DNA from: Adineta vaga
Taxonomy: Eukaryota; Animalia; Rotifera
Assembly (NCBI GenBank): GCA_021613535.1
Contig: CP075494.1
Coordinates: 496,001 to 560,000, forward strand
Direction: 5' to 3'
DNA length: 64,000 bases
The notes below the pieces were generated by a model. The model was not told where the DNA came from. It ran no database searches and was given only the letters and a program-made list of their open reading frames with translations. Position numbers and translations under genes: made by a program. Shown one piece after another: positions 24,127-37,162 of the stretch (positions within the stretch are counted from its first letter, which is position 1; each line of letters begins with the position of its first letter).

Positions 24127-25205
24127 ATGGATAACAATCAGAATGAAAGTGAGCTTCTCGTTAAAAACAACTATTTACAAAAATTGTGGCGCCATCGGCG
24201 AGTTAAAATCATTTGTATAGCTTGTATTATTATAGCAGTTTTTGTAGTAATGATTTCTCTGTTATTAAAATTCGTTGTTTTTGCACCGATCAAGCCAGTA
24301 AGCTCTACCACAATCACAACAACAACGACAATAATATCGACTTCAACAACATCGAGTTCAATATCAACAATGACGACGACAACAACAACTACTACGACCA
24401 CCACTCAACAATCACGTAAGATTTAAAGAAAACCTATGTTTAACCAAGTATATTTAATTATGATTAGTTATATCTCACGGTAATCTCTATACCTAGATAA
24501 ATGTTATATTTTAAACTGAAAAGATGTTTGTCTTACAGAATCTAAAAAAATTTCGTTGATTATTATATACGCTTGAGGATCATATAATATTCATAAGATT
24601 AACAAAATCAATATATTTTCAAGCACTTTTTTCTAGAATGGTCTAATACTGGTAATATGAACAGTCCACGAAGTGAACATACAGCATCGGTTTTAGCAAA
24701 TGGAAAAGTATTAGTGACGGGTGGATATAATTATAATCGTTCTTTAAATAGTGCTGAAGTGTATGATCCATTGACAGAAACATGGACAATTACTGGTAAT
24801 ATGCATACCGCACGATACGGACACACATCATCCATCTTAACAGATGGAAAAGTACTAGTTACTGGTGGAGCTAGAAATGATATGTCACCGAAAAGTACTG
24901 AATTGTATGATCCAGTAACAGGAACATGGTCTATTGTTGGTAACATGAATAAGGAACGAGTTGGTCATGCAGCTGTTGTATTATTAAATGGAAAAGTGCT
25001 AGTTACTGGTGGATCAGGTGAACGTGATTCTGAACGTAGTGCTGAGTTATTTGATCCATTAACAGGTAATTGGACATTTACTAGTGAGATGCATTTTGAA
25101 CGAGTCAGTCATACAGCATCTGCTTTACTAAATGGAAAAGTATTAGTTACTGGTGGAGAGTATAATGATATGTATATAAATTATGCCGGATTGTATGCTC
25201 TATAG
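24127..25205 (+). CDS. Type II membrane protein: TM, Thr-rich stalk, four Kelch repeats. Exons 24127-24415, 24637-25205
   Basis: Hydrophobic IICIACIIIAVFVVMISLLL, then poly-Thr, then repeats R..HTAS.L.NGKVLVTGG...SAE.YDP..W. The phase-1 intron joins in frame. Confidence 0.85.
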
Positions 25206-26314
25206 TAACGGAAATTTGAGAGGTTATGAACGTGAATTCCATTTAATGATACAAATTCATAATGTAACTAAGGTAAACGTGACGCTCATCCTTTATGATC
25301 AATTATTTGATGTAAACAAATAATAATGTTGTTAAAAGAGCAATGATTATTCTGATGTTGCTTAAATATTTGAGAATAATACATAAATAGTAGCAATTCG
25401 ACTACCCTTAAACTGATTATTTGTACGAAAAAACGTATTCTACAATGAATGGATTATTAATTTGTGTCATATTTGTCGTAGATTTGTTAGTCAATACAGA
25501 ATTTCGTGGTAGCATGATTTTATTAAACGATCAAAGATAAACTGACCGATAAAACCAAATAATTTATTTCTACAAACAAAATCTTTATCCGTTATTCACT
25601 ATTCTTATTAGTCAGAGATTACAGTCTATAAGATTGGGTATTGATTTCAATAGCAATTTTATCATGAAAAGAATATGATTTCTCATCATGATTCAGTGAA
25701 ATGTATCAAGTAGAATTCAATTTGAAAGATTAGTTGATGTAGAAGAGATATGTGTTAATTTGTGAGGAAAATGTCAGTTTTTTGTTAAAGATTTTATTCC
25801 CAACACTTCAGGCGAGTATAGAATGTTTCTTTGGCATCATGTATTGATGGAAATTTTAATGTTAAAGATTGTAAATGAATTACAAAATAATTCTATTTAG
25901 ATATTTTATTTATTTGCCGAGGTCTATCAGGGTCTACTAGACTCTTAACCATTCACCCACTTTGCACTCTCACCCACACCCTGAAGAACCTAATAAACCC
26001 TGCTAAACAAATAGTATATAAATGGAATTATATATAGTTATACATATACGATACATATACTATATGAAATATAGAAATTTTGAATTATTGTGTAACTCAT
26101 TTACGGCCTTCAGTGGCTAAAATGCATCTAAACGCGCTTTCATTGCTGAAGTATAGACGAATTTTTGATACAAGAAATATTTACATGAGTTAGATTCGTT
26201 TCGCTTGAATAAATCATTGAATAACATAAACACATGTGTCATACTTAGCTAATAACATTACTTCGTTTTTCTACTACCAAGAGTAAAAAACGATATTTAT
26301 TTTTCATCAATTAA

Positions 26315-26694
26315 TACCATTTATTGTATATGTTTATACTTTTATTATGACTATTCGATCATTACCTAAAAGTAAATCAGTTGTTCGAGAACAATTATTT
26401 CTCATTGTATTTTGGATACCAATTAAAAAATGTAAAAAACAAATTCTTTGTCCTTTTCTAATGATTATTACAACATTACCTCAATTAATTATTGTCTGTG
26501 TTGTTGATTGTGATCAATGCTATAACATGTGGCTTCGTTATCTTATAATTTCCATATATCTTATTGCTCATACTCCTGAATTATTGACATTTTTTCTATT
26601 TATTTATCCATCAACTGTTTATAAAAATGCGTTTTATAAGACATTCATTGGACAATTATTATTGATTTTATTGAAAAGATGTTGTTGTCGATGA
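26315..26694 (+). pseudogene. C-terminal fragment (TM5-7) of a 7TM receptor
   Basis: ILCPFLMIITTLPQLIIV and LLTFFLFIYPSTVYKNAF resemble TM6/7 of the 8130-9208 receptor. No intact N-terminal part is seen. Confidence 0.6.
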
Positions 26695-26723
26695 AAGGAT
26701 AACTTTAATGGTTATCTAAGTAA

Positions 26724-26789
26724 CTCGAGGGTGTGGGTGTGGGTGTGGGTGTGGGCGTATGATCGATGCAGTACCCACACGCACACCCA
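26724..26789. repeat. Telomeric-repeat palindrome between two convergent 7TM 3' ends
   Basis: ctcgaggg(tgtggg)x4 ... gtacccacacgcacaccca. Confidence 0.85.
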
Positions 26790-26803
26790 TCGTCTGTGGA
26801 TGT

Positions 26804-27854
26804 TTAAAATAAAGGAACACTACCAGTTCCTCGAATGAAGGGCATCACTTGATTTATTTGCCTATGATGAACGATCCTTTGAATAGCAACAACCAATTGA
26901 GTTCGGAATCGTTTTGATAAACAGTAACAATAAAAAGAACTCTAAATAAAGAGAAGAACAATCATGATTTTAACCAATGAGAAAAAGGTCTTTTACTGCA
27001 TATGGACCATAGCCATAAATCGCAAAAAAAGAATTAACCAGTTGTTCTTGTGCTCGTTGATAAGCACTTTTCACTGAATTAGCTGTACTAATAAAGTATA
27101 TTTGTCCAGCTGTATAAGGACCATTGAATATTAATACAGCGAATATTTGAAATAAGGCCATCATAATCATTTGTTGAATAAGAGCTGTGAGTGAACGTTT
27201 AACAGCTGTTATTCTCATATGTTTGACAGTGAGAAATCCAAAAATTGAGATTATAACAATAGGAATAGATGTATAAACACCAAGATAAATAAAATAACTA
27301 CGATATTGTGCAAATATTGTATTTTTTGTTACACATGCAGGTGTACCGCCTGTGATAACAAGATCTTGTAAGAAGTAATAAGGTAACTCATGAATAAACC
27401 AAAAGCAGATAGTACCGATTACTAAGTATCTTGCAATTCGAATATTACTCTTCTGTCGTAAAACAACAGATGGTGAGGAACAAATAAAGGCATCAATTGA
27501 TTGTAAACAAAGTAAAGTGTATGTACTTTGAGTATTAATATCGAGAAAACCTGAACGTACTTTGCACCAACCTCGATTCATCACTGCAAGATCAAGTGAA
27601 AACCCTGTACTAAGAATTCGAGTGACAAGTCCAACAAGTAATGCATTCAGATCAAGAAAGCATCGAACAAGCATATAGAATGAACTTGCATTATTATTAT
27701 AATATCCATTCATGAAAAAGATAATCATATTGAAAATATTGCCAATAACACCACTAAGCAATAGAATAAAACCAAAGATAAGACATACATATCGAGAACT
27801 TTGTTGTAATTGAAAAATTTCGAAACCAACTTTAGTATTGTTATTCGATGACAT
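26804..27854 (-). CDS. Rhodopsin-like GPCR. Exons 27854-26997, 26941-26804
   Basis: GVIGNIFN in TM1, WCKVR, and SIDAF at the DRY position. A phase-0 intron adds SSFYCYCLSKRFR. Confidence 0.85.
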
Positions 27855-28293
27855 ATGAACGTGTTTTTCTTAGCTGCTTCGTATTAATAAGGAAAGTATT
27901 ATCATAATCCTACGGCAGAGAAAGTATGCCGTGAAATACATTTTCTAATTGAATTTATGGCAAGGAAAGAATAATCCAGAAACTAAATATTCAGTAACAA
28001 GAATAGTAGCATCCATAGTTTTAATGCATGCATCAAAAAATGATAAGACTAGAGAGATGCTTTATTAACCCAATTTTATCACATATGGAACAAAATGCAA
28101 TAAAATAAAAAGATAAAAAATAGTTTTTAAATAGAAGATAATGTGTTTGATTATCACCTTTAAGCAAAAGTTATATGATTTCAAAAGCTCCTATTTATTA
28201 TGCATATTTCAATAAAGAATAAAAACTTTTTTTTTCTGTCCCTATAGTTTTTAAGGTACTAATTCGATTTATCTCTTATCTTTATCATGCATT

Positions 28294-28346
28294 TTGAGGG
28301 TGTGGGTATATCTTCTTCACTCTTATCTACGCCACACTCACATCCT
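28294..28346. repeat. Telomeric-repeat palindrome with the same spacer as 29945 and 43065
   Basis: ttgagggtgtgggtatatcttcttcactct...gccacactcacatcc. Confidence 0.8.
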
Positions 28347-28523
28347 GCCATTTAATTAGTAAGAGTATTAATTCGTTTTTTTATTCACATACTTTCTCAC
28401 AATGATAAATATGATTCAAACGTACTCTAACGATATTCCACGATCAAAACGACATTTTCAAGGTTAAAAAAACTTCTGAACTCAGTCGGAAATGAAATAG
28501 TGATAAGATGCATTGACTTGTTC

Positions 28524-30000
28524 ATAAAATAAAATATTTCATGATTTGTTTTTCAACATCAAGATGAGAAATAAGAAGGGAAAGTCTCTTGCTTTGTTAT
28601 GTTCGAACATTTCCGTTTAGTAAAAGTAATTCATCTGTTTCGAACGTTCATTGATAATCAATCTAACAAAGATTTATTTATTCATCTTATTTGTTGCCTT
28701 TCTTTCCGTTTTTTATGTTTCATTATGCATTCAGAATGCTAGAGGTATTTTTCCCTTTTCAGATCGTCATTGTCTGGAGGAATAGAATTTTGTCAATGTC
28801 TATCAATACAATTCAACGCCATTGAAAGTCACACAAGCAAACCGTCCGCCAATAACTAATATCTTCCCATTTAATAATCTAGATGCTGTATGATAACCTC
28901 TGTGGGTGTGGGTGAGGGTGTAAATCAAACATAAGAGAATACTAACTGATACATACACCCTCAATATGCTCCTTTAGTAACCATTTCAGAAGCAAAAGAA
29001 GAACATCTATGGCATCCGGGCGCGCCTCTCTTAAAAATTCACAATTATTTCTTCCTTCTTACGAGCTACTGGGTTTTCTCCCACTATGGGTATGAGGAGG
29101 TAGTGAATATGAAGGAAGAAGTCCACGGTGCAAATGAAAACGAGAGTTGGTAAGAAGAAGAAGAAGGAAACACCTAATGTGCGTCTCTAAGCAAATATAA
29201 TTTTCTTTTCATGTGTAGTTTTCCTTACTGGGTGAGGAAACTATAGAGTTACAATAGTTATATAAAAGCCGCCATCAATGACGAACACATTCACTTACGT
29301 TTCATTCCAACATCGTGATCATCAAATAACAAAATCATGCAGGTAATGGTACTTTTTCTTTTTGTAGCAATTGTTATCGGTTCAACTCAATCTCAAACAT
29401 GGGCTGGCACTTACACGCCTGATTCATCATGTGACACATCAACTTGCTGTTGCTTGAGTGGACAAGCAATAGTAACAAGTTCATCGGCAAATAGTTACAC
29501 TGTTCAGTCTGGTGCGAGTGGTGTATGTGGTGGTGCTGTGACATTCACAGGCAATCTCTATACAAGTGGCTATACGGGTTGGATGATGGTAGCCGCTGAT
29601 AATGATACAGTAACACTTAGCTCTGATAGCCACATAGTCACAGTCACCAATCCAAGTAGATCGGCATGTAGTGGCCAAGGAATCAAAAATGGAAGCCCGA
29701 CACAACATGTTAACATCATCACGTACGTTATTGGCTATGTTTTGGTGGGTATAGTGATCAATACCTTAATCGCCTGAAACATTTCGATTCTCTAAACTAT
29801 TTCACACATTGATAATTTACTAGTTTGCTTAATCAAGAATAAATTATTTATATCATTGATCAAAATGCATTTTAAAACGAGCTTCAATACCATAGTAAAA
29901 TCTGTTTAAAACTGTTCTAAGAGAGATGCTCGCTTTTTATGAAATCTTGGGGGTGTGGGTGTGGGTATATCTTCTTCGCTCTCATCCACACTCACCCACG
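28524..30000 (+). repeat. 1.48 kb direct duplication, copy 1 (copy 2 at 41644-43120)
   Basis: Constant offset of 13120 with scattered substitutions. Includes the palindromes at 28901-28964 and 29945-29999. Confidence 0.95.
29337..29777 (+). CDS. Small Cys-rich secreted or GPI-anchored protein, 146 aa
   Basis: N-terminal signal peptide, CDTSTCCC motif, hydrophobic C-terminus. TATAAAA lies about 75 nt upstream and AATAAA downstream. Confidence 0.8.
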   Translation: MQVMVLFLFVAIVIGSTQSQTWAGTYTPDSSCDTSTCCCLSGQAIVTSSSANSYTVQSGASGVCGGAVTFTGNLYTSGYTGWMMVAADNDTVTLSSDSHIVTVTNPSRSACSGQGIKNGSPTQHVNIITYVIGYVLVGIVINTLIA

Positions 30001-30920
30001 TCTAGAGCCATCAGTTTCTTTAGAAAGATCTTGTTGTGAGGATGTTATTGTTGTTGTTTTACTTCAACTACTGTGCGGTAAAACATTGTTGTCGTTTATG
30101 TTTGGGTTAGATTATGTAGCTTTTCAGTAACAACAAGCGGTTTCATTTTACAAATGGGTGGATCTAAGAAATTCTTTGATGTAGGTAGGAGTTGGACATT
30201 GACATGTTTTGAAGACTCTATCAAATTGTTTTAAAATAAACTGTAAAGGATATTTATTCAATAATAATGATACACAAAAGTAATTTTCTTTATGTTTAAA
30301 TGTATCATAACTTAAACAATATCTTATGGCACGTATGAGAGATATGAATGGAATATTCCTCGTTATATGTTTTGCATGTATACTTTTGAAAGGGAGAAAA
30401 TATAGTTCGTGCGAACGTTTATGAAACACATCAGATACCAATTTTTCTCCGCTATTCTGGAGTTTGGTATCCATATATTCGGGGGCAAAACCAATAGATT
30501 TCGACAATTGTATGTTATTGTTCAGTCTATTTCAGAAATTTACTAGATCATTTAATGTGTCTATATGTATATTTATCATAATGAATTTGTTCTAATTGCC
30601 CTTTTAGCTATGAGTCTTTCAAAAAAATACATACACGCATTAACTATTGATAATGTAAGTGATGAACCCGTTGTTCCGCCTCTTATCTGTTTATAATATA
30701 TACCATCATAATAGAAATATTTATTATTCAAAACGAATCTGGTAAGAGCAAGGATTATCTCTTTTTTATCGACCATCTTTCAACATGTTTCAATAATTCA
30801 ATTTCATTAGATACTGTAGTATCACTTGTTATACGATTAAAAAGTGGTCTTAAAAGACTATCTAACCATTTTGATATACGTATAGTTGGAAATTTTATTC
30901 CTGTCATTTTTGGCCTTAAT

Positions 30921-32923
30921 CCCACGGAAAAATATCTAAGTAGATACCTCCGTTAGACGCTGTTTTTTCGTAATGACCGCGGTTACTTGCTTGAAGACCT
31001 CGATGGGTAGAAAAAAACACAATTAACTGCGGTAAGTTACACCGACATTAAGACGCACCGCGATATACTTGAATGAAACCGTAGTGTATGCGCCAGTGAA
31101 AACCGAGATTTTGAAAAAACACGGTATGCTGGCAACTAGTTGCGGTATCAGAGAACCTCCATCTTTTATGGTATTTTTATTCGCGAAATCTCTATTAGAA
31201 ACCGCGGTCTGTATATTATATCGAATAGTACCATTATTTGAATCAGTTTATTTTCAAAACATGACTGGATTTTCTAACGTTATTTTTCTAATAAGATTAT
31301 ATCAATAAAACTTATTACTTAAAAGTCACAGTATGATATAAAAACATTTTCTCATCGATTAAAACTAAATTTATCATCATCCTACAACATAGAAAGTTGG
31401 AAAAAACTACGTTATAAAAATAACGATTTGGCGATTCGCAACGTATAATAAACCTTTTTTTCTGTTTTTTGAAGTGATTCATAAATCCAGAAGGGATTTA
31501 TATCTTCGTCAAATACAATAAAAACGTAGTTCCTTCTACGGTGAAAATTCATAAATCTTTTTTTACGTTTATGAGACCATCATAAACGCTTTTTTTGTTG
31601 GCTATTCCCCACTTTTTTACAGTATAGATATATGTGATTTTTAAATCAAAATAGAGTATTTTTATTAAATGGCAACAAATGATAATATTTTAATTAATTT
31701 TTCAATTTAGATGATAATATAGTGCGACTAAAATTAGAACAGTTAGAATTTAAAAAGGTGAAGCTACAAAGAAAATAAACCAGATCAATATGAAATGTAA
31801 ATAGACATTAACTATACCCAGGGATTTAGCAGATTTTTAGAAAATATGGGTATATAGAATACATTATAGCCACAGTTAATTTAGATGATTACTTCTGATA
31901 GTATTAACAAGCTTGTAGATTATTCAGATACAGAAAAATACATAAATTTGTTTTGTTAGTCAATAAAATCGAGAGCTTATAACTTTCTTAATAACTTAGA
32001 TGTGTTTTAGTATTAAGATTTACATATATATTTACTGAATTTTCAATACTATGCTCGATATTTAGACTTTTCAGTACCGTACAAAACCGCGGTTGAATAT
32101 CTACAAATTCTGATAAATCCCTATGTCATGGCCTTCAGCCATAATAACTCATGAGTCAAGGAATCCATGAGTCATGTACATGTGATCACGAATAGTATAT
32201 AAGAGCAATGCTTCTACTTGTGTATGTGTGTGTTCCATCTCATTATTATTCCCTCAATAAAGCTTATCACCTCACACCCTACCTTCCACCAGGTATGATT
32301 TTATCACAATAAAGTATGTTTATATACCAATGGTCATATTATAGAGGATATATGTGATTCTACAGATCATATACAAAGAATACTGTAAATAAAGTTACTC
32401 GAGGAAATCTAACAAAGTTTTAGAGATATCATAAATTAATGAGAAATACTTATGAAATTATTAATATTTTACTCGTATATGATATCTATATTTTTATATG
32501 AAACAATTTTTCATTACAAATCAGATAGACTATTATATCTGATCTTAATATAAACATCACCACATGGTTCAATGGAATTAGTGAACGGCAATCACATGGT
32601 AATAAGTTCGAATCTAACAAGAAGTAGATAAATATAAAATAGATAATGCTACTATAAGAGTCGACCGCGGTATGAGATCAACGTGTCGAGATCGTTGACT
32701 AGTAGGGAACATGGAAAATTAAGGATTACCGGACAGATGGCAGAAATAAAATACCACTACATTGAATTAGAATTTTCTCGAAAACCGTGAAGAACCGCGG
32801 TTTGTGGCGGTTTTAAAAATCCTAATAAAAGGTCTCACTTTTGCGATTCATAATAACCATTTCAAACCTTCAACTTACAAACCGTCAAAAACCGTGGTAT
32901 CACTTAGTTTATTTTTCCGTGGG
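30921..32923. mobile_element. Non-autonomous CACTA/CMC-like DNA transposon, 2003 bp, with 2-bp TSD (AT)
   Basis: TIRs cccacggaaaaat / atttttccgtggg, with accgcgg/accgt subterminal repeats. Removing the element and one AT restores the RT reading frame. Confidence 0.88.
32124..32308 (+). mobile_element. Possible solo LTR nested in the CACTA-like element
   Basis: TGTCAT...ATCACA ends, TATATAA then AATAAA. No TSD found. Confidence 0.35.
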
Positions 32924-33592
32924 ATGATGTCGCTGGTTTATGTACTTTTCGTAGAAAATAAAGATGACCTAATTCTGCTTCTTCTTCATTTACTCTCAAT
33001 CTCCCATAACGAGCCTGCGTTTACGTTTCTTATTGTATAAACCAAAAAGGAAATTATTAGTTTGTTTGACCCAAATCTTGATATGCTTTTGTTTTATCCA
33101 TATATATATTTTTGCTTTTTTTCTATAGTCGTCAAGATCACCGATATAGAAGAGAGAGAAAATAAACATATATGATCAGTCGGTTAAGAAATATCTTAAT
33201 AGACCAGTAGAATGTGTTTTAAATGGGTATATATGTCAGCGATTTTTTGACAGTTTGTATAAGATCATTCTGGTTTACAGAATTTGGTAGAAATATCAAG
33301 CATTCTTCTCTGAAGTGAGGCGATCTTTTTATATAGATGAAACTAATTATTTCCCGTTCTTTTTCTAGATGTCTAATACAATCAACAATTCAACTCCAGT
33401 ACGGAGTAATGATCGAGACTTCGGCGATGAGGTCTTTCAAACTCTGGTGTCATTCTAGGAAAAATTTTCACAAGAAGCTGTTCGAGTTGATTTGTCTGGC
33501 CCTCGTGTTAATGGTCAGCCATCAATTATTCGGCGATGGATCCTACTGCCTGTACGTGTGTGAGAGGACAGTAGAAGCAATGTGGGTGCCTA

Positions 33593-33875
33593 ATGGCTAC
33601 GGCTATCATCATACTGGTCGCAACGCTTCTGGCAAGAATGAGAACATTCGTCGATCCACATCGGTATCCTCAAGATGAAAAACAAAGGACTACTGGTCTA
33701 ACAGAAGAGGAAGATACTCGTCTTGACTATGTGATTGAAATATTAAATTTTCTTCTGTCCAAAATGAGTAAATATATATAAATTTATTTTTTTAATCAAT
33801 AATGAATTTTGTATAGTTGATGCAGTGCTCGATATGACGTATGAACGTGAACGCCGTGTTCGTAATACATTATAA
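33593..33875 (+). CDS. Possible small 2-exon protein with a hydrophobic N-terminus. Exons 33593-33767, 33817-33875
   Basis: MATAIIILVATLLA... A 49-nt GT-AG intron continues the frame (IDAVLDMTYERERRVRNTL). No recognised homology. Confidence 0.3.
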
Positions 33876-34017
33876 TAACTATCATTGAAAGAAGACAATC
33901 TTTAAATTGATTCAAAACTTAAATTGTTTTTAAGTATAAAGATCTGTTATGTTTCAAATACAAGAATATAAAAACATTATCATGTTTAAATCATACTGAT
34001 AAAATAATAATTATATA

Positions 34018-34642
34018 TACCCTCGGAAAAAGTAAACTGGAATAGGTATTTTGAAGATGTTGTTTCCATAAAAATGTATATATATTCTGAAAGCCCGTCA
34101 AATTCTCTATCATCTTGTACATTTTATTTAGCGATATCTTTTTGCAATATATTCCAACAACTAGTTTTTCATCGCAGACTCAATAAAGTTTGACTATTTA
34201 TTAAGATAGTTTGTCTAAGACGTATCACATGCTTTTTCGTTCTTTCTGTTTTATAAGAATATATTTTTCTAGGTCACGTGAGTGCAAACGCGTATAGCCA
34301 TAATGACATAATTACGGTTCATTTTCGTTGTTTTTCGTTCATATTTATTAAAACTTATTATTGATGGTTGGTCATTTAAGTATTGGTGATCGATGGAGAA
34401 TTGTTTCACTACGTTTCGACCAGAATATGCTTTCAAGTGAAATTGCTTCGATTATTCCTTGCTCGATTCAAACTGTTCGTAATATTTTACAACTATATCA
34501 AGAAACAAATAATGTTATTGAGCTAGAAGGACATGGCCGTTCTTCATTAAATAATTCTAAACAGTTTCGAGAGCTTAAGAAAATCATTAGAACAATAGAG
34601 AATGTCAAGCTCTATGAGAAAATGTGGTTTATTTATTTTTAA
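34018..34642 (+). mobile_element. Tc1/mariner-like remnant with an N-terminal helix-turn-helix ORF (34364-34642)
   Basis: LSIGDRWRIVSL...EIASIIPCSIQTVRNILQLYQETNNV..GR resembles a transposase paired-like HTH. No DDE domain or matching right TIR is seen. Confidence 0.5.
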
Positions 34643-35666
34643 GATATATTTAAAATTCGAAAAAAAATCAAAAACTATGTGAAAGTATGAAAGTTCTGTG
34701 TACTGTTTGGAAATGTAGTGGTGGAGTGATTTTCATTATATTTTCAATTTTTTCTTAATGTAGAAAATTTCGAATTTACATAATCCTTGTTATTTAAAAC
34801 CAATATATCCCATTTTTAACGACCCTCCTTTCGGTGTAAAAGTCACGATATATACTCCTCTTTGAATTTATATCGTTTTATATTCTATTACTTGGGATAC
34901 CAATCAAGTTAATCACTTCCATATAAATAAATAAAAATAACATCAGTCCCGTTAATCTTGATAACGCATATATTTTTAAAAAAAGTTCATAATACCCACA
35001 AGTTTTCTATTCTTTTTTCCTAGAAAACCAAATCTCTGGAGATCTATGGGCAAATATGATGTTGATATTCGAACTCACCATACTAAATAACACTAGATCC
35101 GTTGTATTTAATTAAAATATCGATGAATCAGTTGCATCTGTTTTCTCGTTAGCTTCACTTTCCCACAGACCCTCCAACACAATCTTTTTTCTTCTATTTG
35201 TTGATTGATTTATTGACAATCGAAAGCCACTAAAGTGTCTTATTTTTTAGACACTCAATGGAGTAAAAAATTGAAAGAAGGAGATTTTTTCTTTCACACC
35301 GAATTAAAACAAACATTCAGCGAAATCGAAATCACAGCCTTACTTTCTCAAGTGATGCCGAGAGTCACTTTTACTTTATAAGAGAATTATTATTTTTCAG
35401 CATTATTCCATTGTTGGTGAGAAATACGCCATGTGCTTTATTTAATAGTTTGAGTCAGTAGGAAAGAACAGGGGATATTTTGTGAGGAAATTGGGTCATC
35501 ACCAAATTAAGGTAGTTTTGCATTCAAAGCTCAGCAATTATAGAGCTCATATTTTGGTTTGTCGACTTACCAATAACAATTCGAGAATTATTTGTGACAA
35601 AAAGAAGTCTATCGAAAAGGTGGTTTCATTGGAACACGAAAATTCTCTATTTCAAGTTCTTATTCA

Positions 35667-37162
35667 ATGGCCGAAAACATTTCGAACAAGTACGTCGATC
35701 GAAAAACAATTTTTTATGAAATGTCTCGTTCGGTTTCATTGCCAGTAGGACACCGTCCAAACCAAACATTGAAATAATGAGGTTTTCTTTTCTTCAAATC
35801 TTTGTTTCGATTGATATCAAAAAGGATTTTTGTTTAGACCAAAGCGTCTTTATAAATTTCTCGAATTAACTAAACATGATGCAAAAGAAATCTTTCAAGA
35901 ATATGAAGAACTTGAAGAACGTGAAGTAATAAGCACATTGAAAATTTCGTCATATTTTGATTTATTTATAGAAAAAGCGATCAGATACGGCGTTCAGTGA
36001 ATCGAACAGAGATTTGAAGAACCTAGATAAAGACCGTTATTCGAATATTCATGCCCGAGGTCCATGTAAGTCAAATAAATTGTTTTCATCATTTATTTCA
36101 ATTAATCTTTAGGGGAAGAAACTGCTGTTCGTTTGACAGGGAGTCATCGCGAACATGATTATATCAATGCAAATCTAATCACGGTTATTTTATCCAAAGC
36201 ACAATTATTTGTTTCAAATCATTTCGTTTCTTTTTGTTTAATTGAAGATGCTTCATAAAGATCGCGATTATATCGCTTGTCAAGGACCATTAGAACGTAC
36301 TTCAGAGGATTTTTGGGATATGATTCTTCAATATCAAGTTTTGAAAATAGTCATGTTAACTAAAACTCATGAACGAGATCCTGATGACCCTCAAGAACTT
36401 GTTGTAAACTTTTATGTTTGGTGAAAATATTTTCCATTGAAGTTTGTATTTCAGGAGAAATGTTTTCAATATTTTCCAGAAAAAATCGACATGCCATTAA
36501 AGTTTGATTCAATCATTGTTGAAGTTATCCATATTGATTCGAACATAAAAGATCTTAAAATTCGTCATATTAAAATAACACGAGTATTTCCATTTGTTGA
36601 ATTATTTGAAAGAAAGTTTTTTCCTCTTTTTCTTTCAGAATGATGAACAACATAATGTTACTCATTTTTATTTTACTGGTTGGCCAGATTACAATGTCAT
36701 TGAACCAGAAAGATTTCTTGATCTCATTGATCAAGTCAATCATACAGAAAACTCTCCATCGGATTTACACAAAAGTGATCAAAATCAGACATCACCACCA
36801 ATAGTTGTTCATTGCAGGTCCGCTGAATTTGAGCGAATTAAAAAAATCATTTTTTCTTCATTATTTCCTTAGCGCTGGTGTTGGTCGAACAGGTACTTAC
36901 ATCGCACTAGATATACTTATGTCTTTACTTAGTTGTCCTAATACTGACTCATCAACAATTGAACTTGATGTTATGGGTACTGTTTATCAATTGAGATTAG
37001 CACGAAATAAAATGGTTCAAACAAAGGTAACTCGAGTAGTTTTTTTTACCAAACGTAATGCTAATTATTTTCTCTCGAAAGGAACAATATTTATTATTAT
37101 ATCGTTGTGTCAAAAAACAATTAAAACGAACAAAACGACTAAATACTGTCCATGTAAAATAA
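35667..37162 (+). CDS. Classical non-receptor protein tyrosine phosphatase with many short introns
   Basis: Motifs KDRYSNI, DYINAN, YIACQGP, DFWDMI, KCFQYFP, WPD, VHC|SAGVGRTG and MVQTK|EQY spread over short exons. The start is approximate. Confidence 0.88.

Larger units (their letters stand above)
30001..33150 (-). mobile_element. Decayed Penelope-like (probably Athena-type, endonuclease-less) reverse transcriptase, split by a DNA transposon
   Basis: Joining 32924+ to 30920- gives AELGHLYFLRKVHKPATSLRPKMTGIKFPTIRISKWLDSLLRPLF. Also FYYDGIYYKQIRGGTTGSSLT and the thumb region HK...YFLPF.S.H..H...NIP...L.RA.RYC. No GIY-YIG follows. Outer boundaries approximate. Confidence 0.8.

Noticed and set aside
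24171-24419. Poly-Val and poly-Asn ORFs
   Set aside because: They are antisense and alternative frames of the Thr-rich stalk exon.
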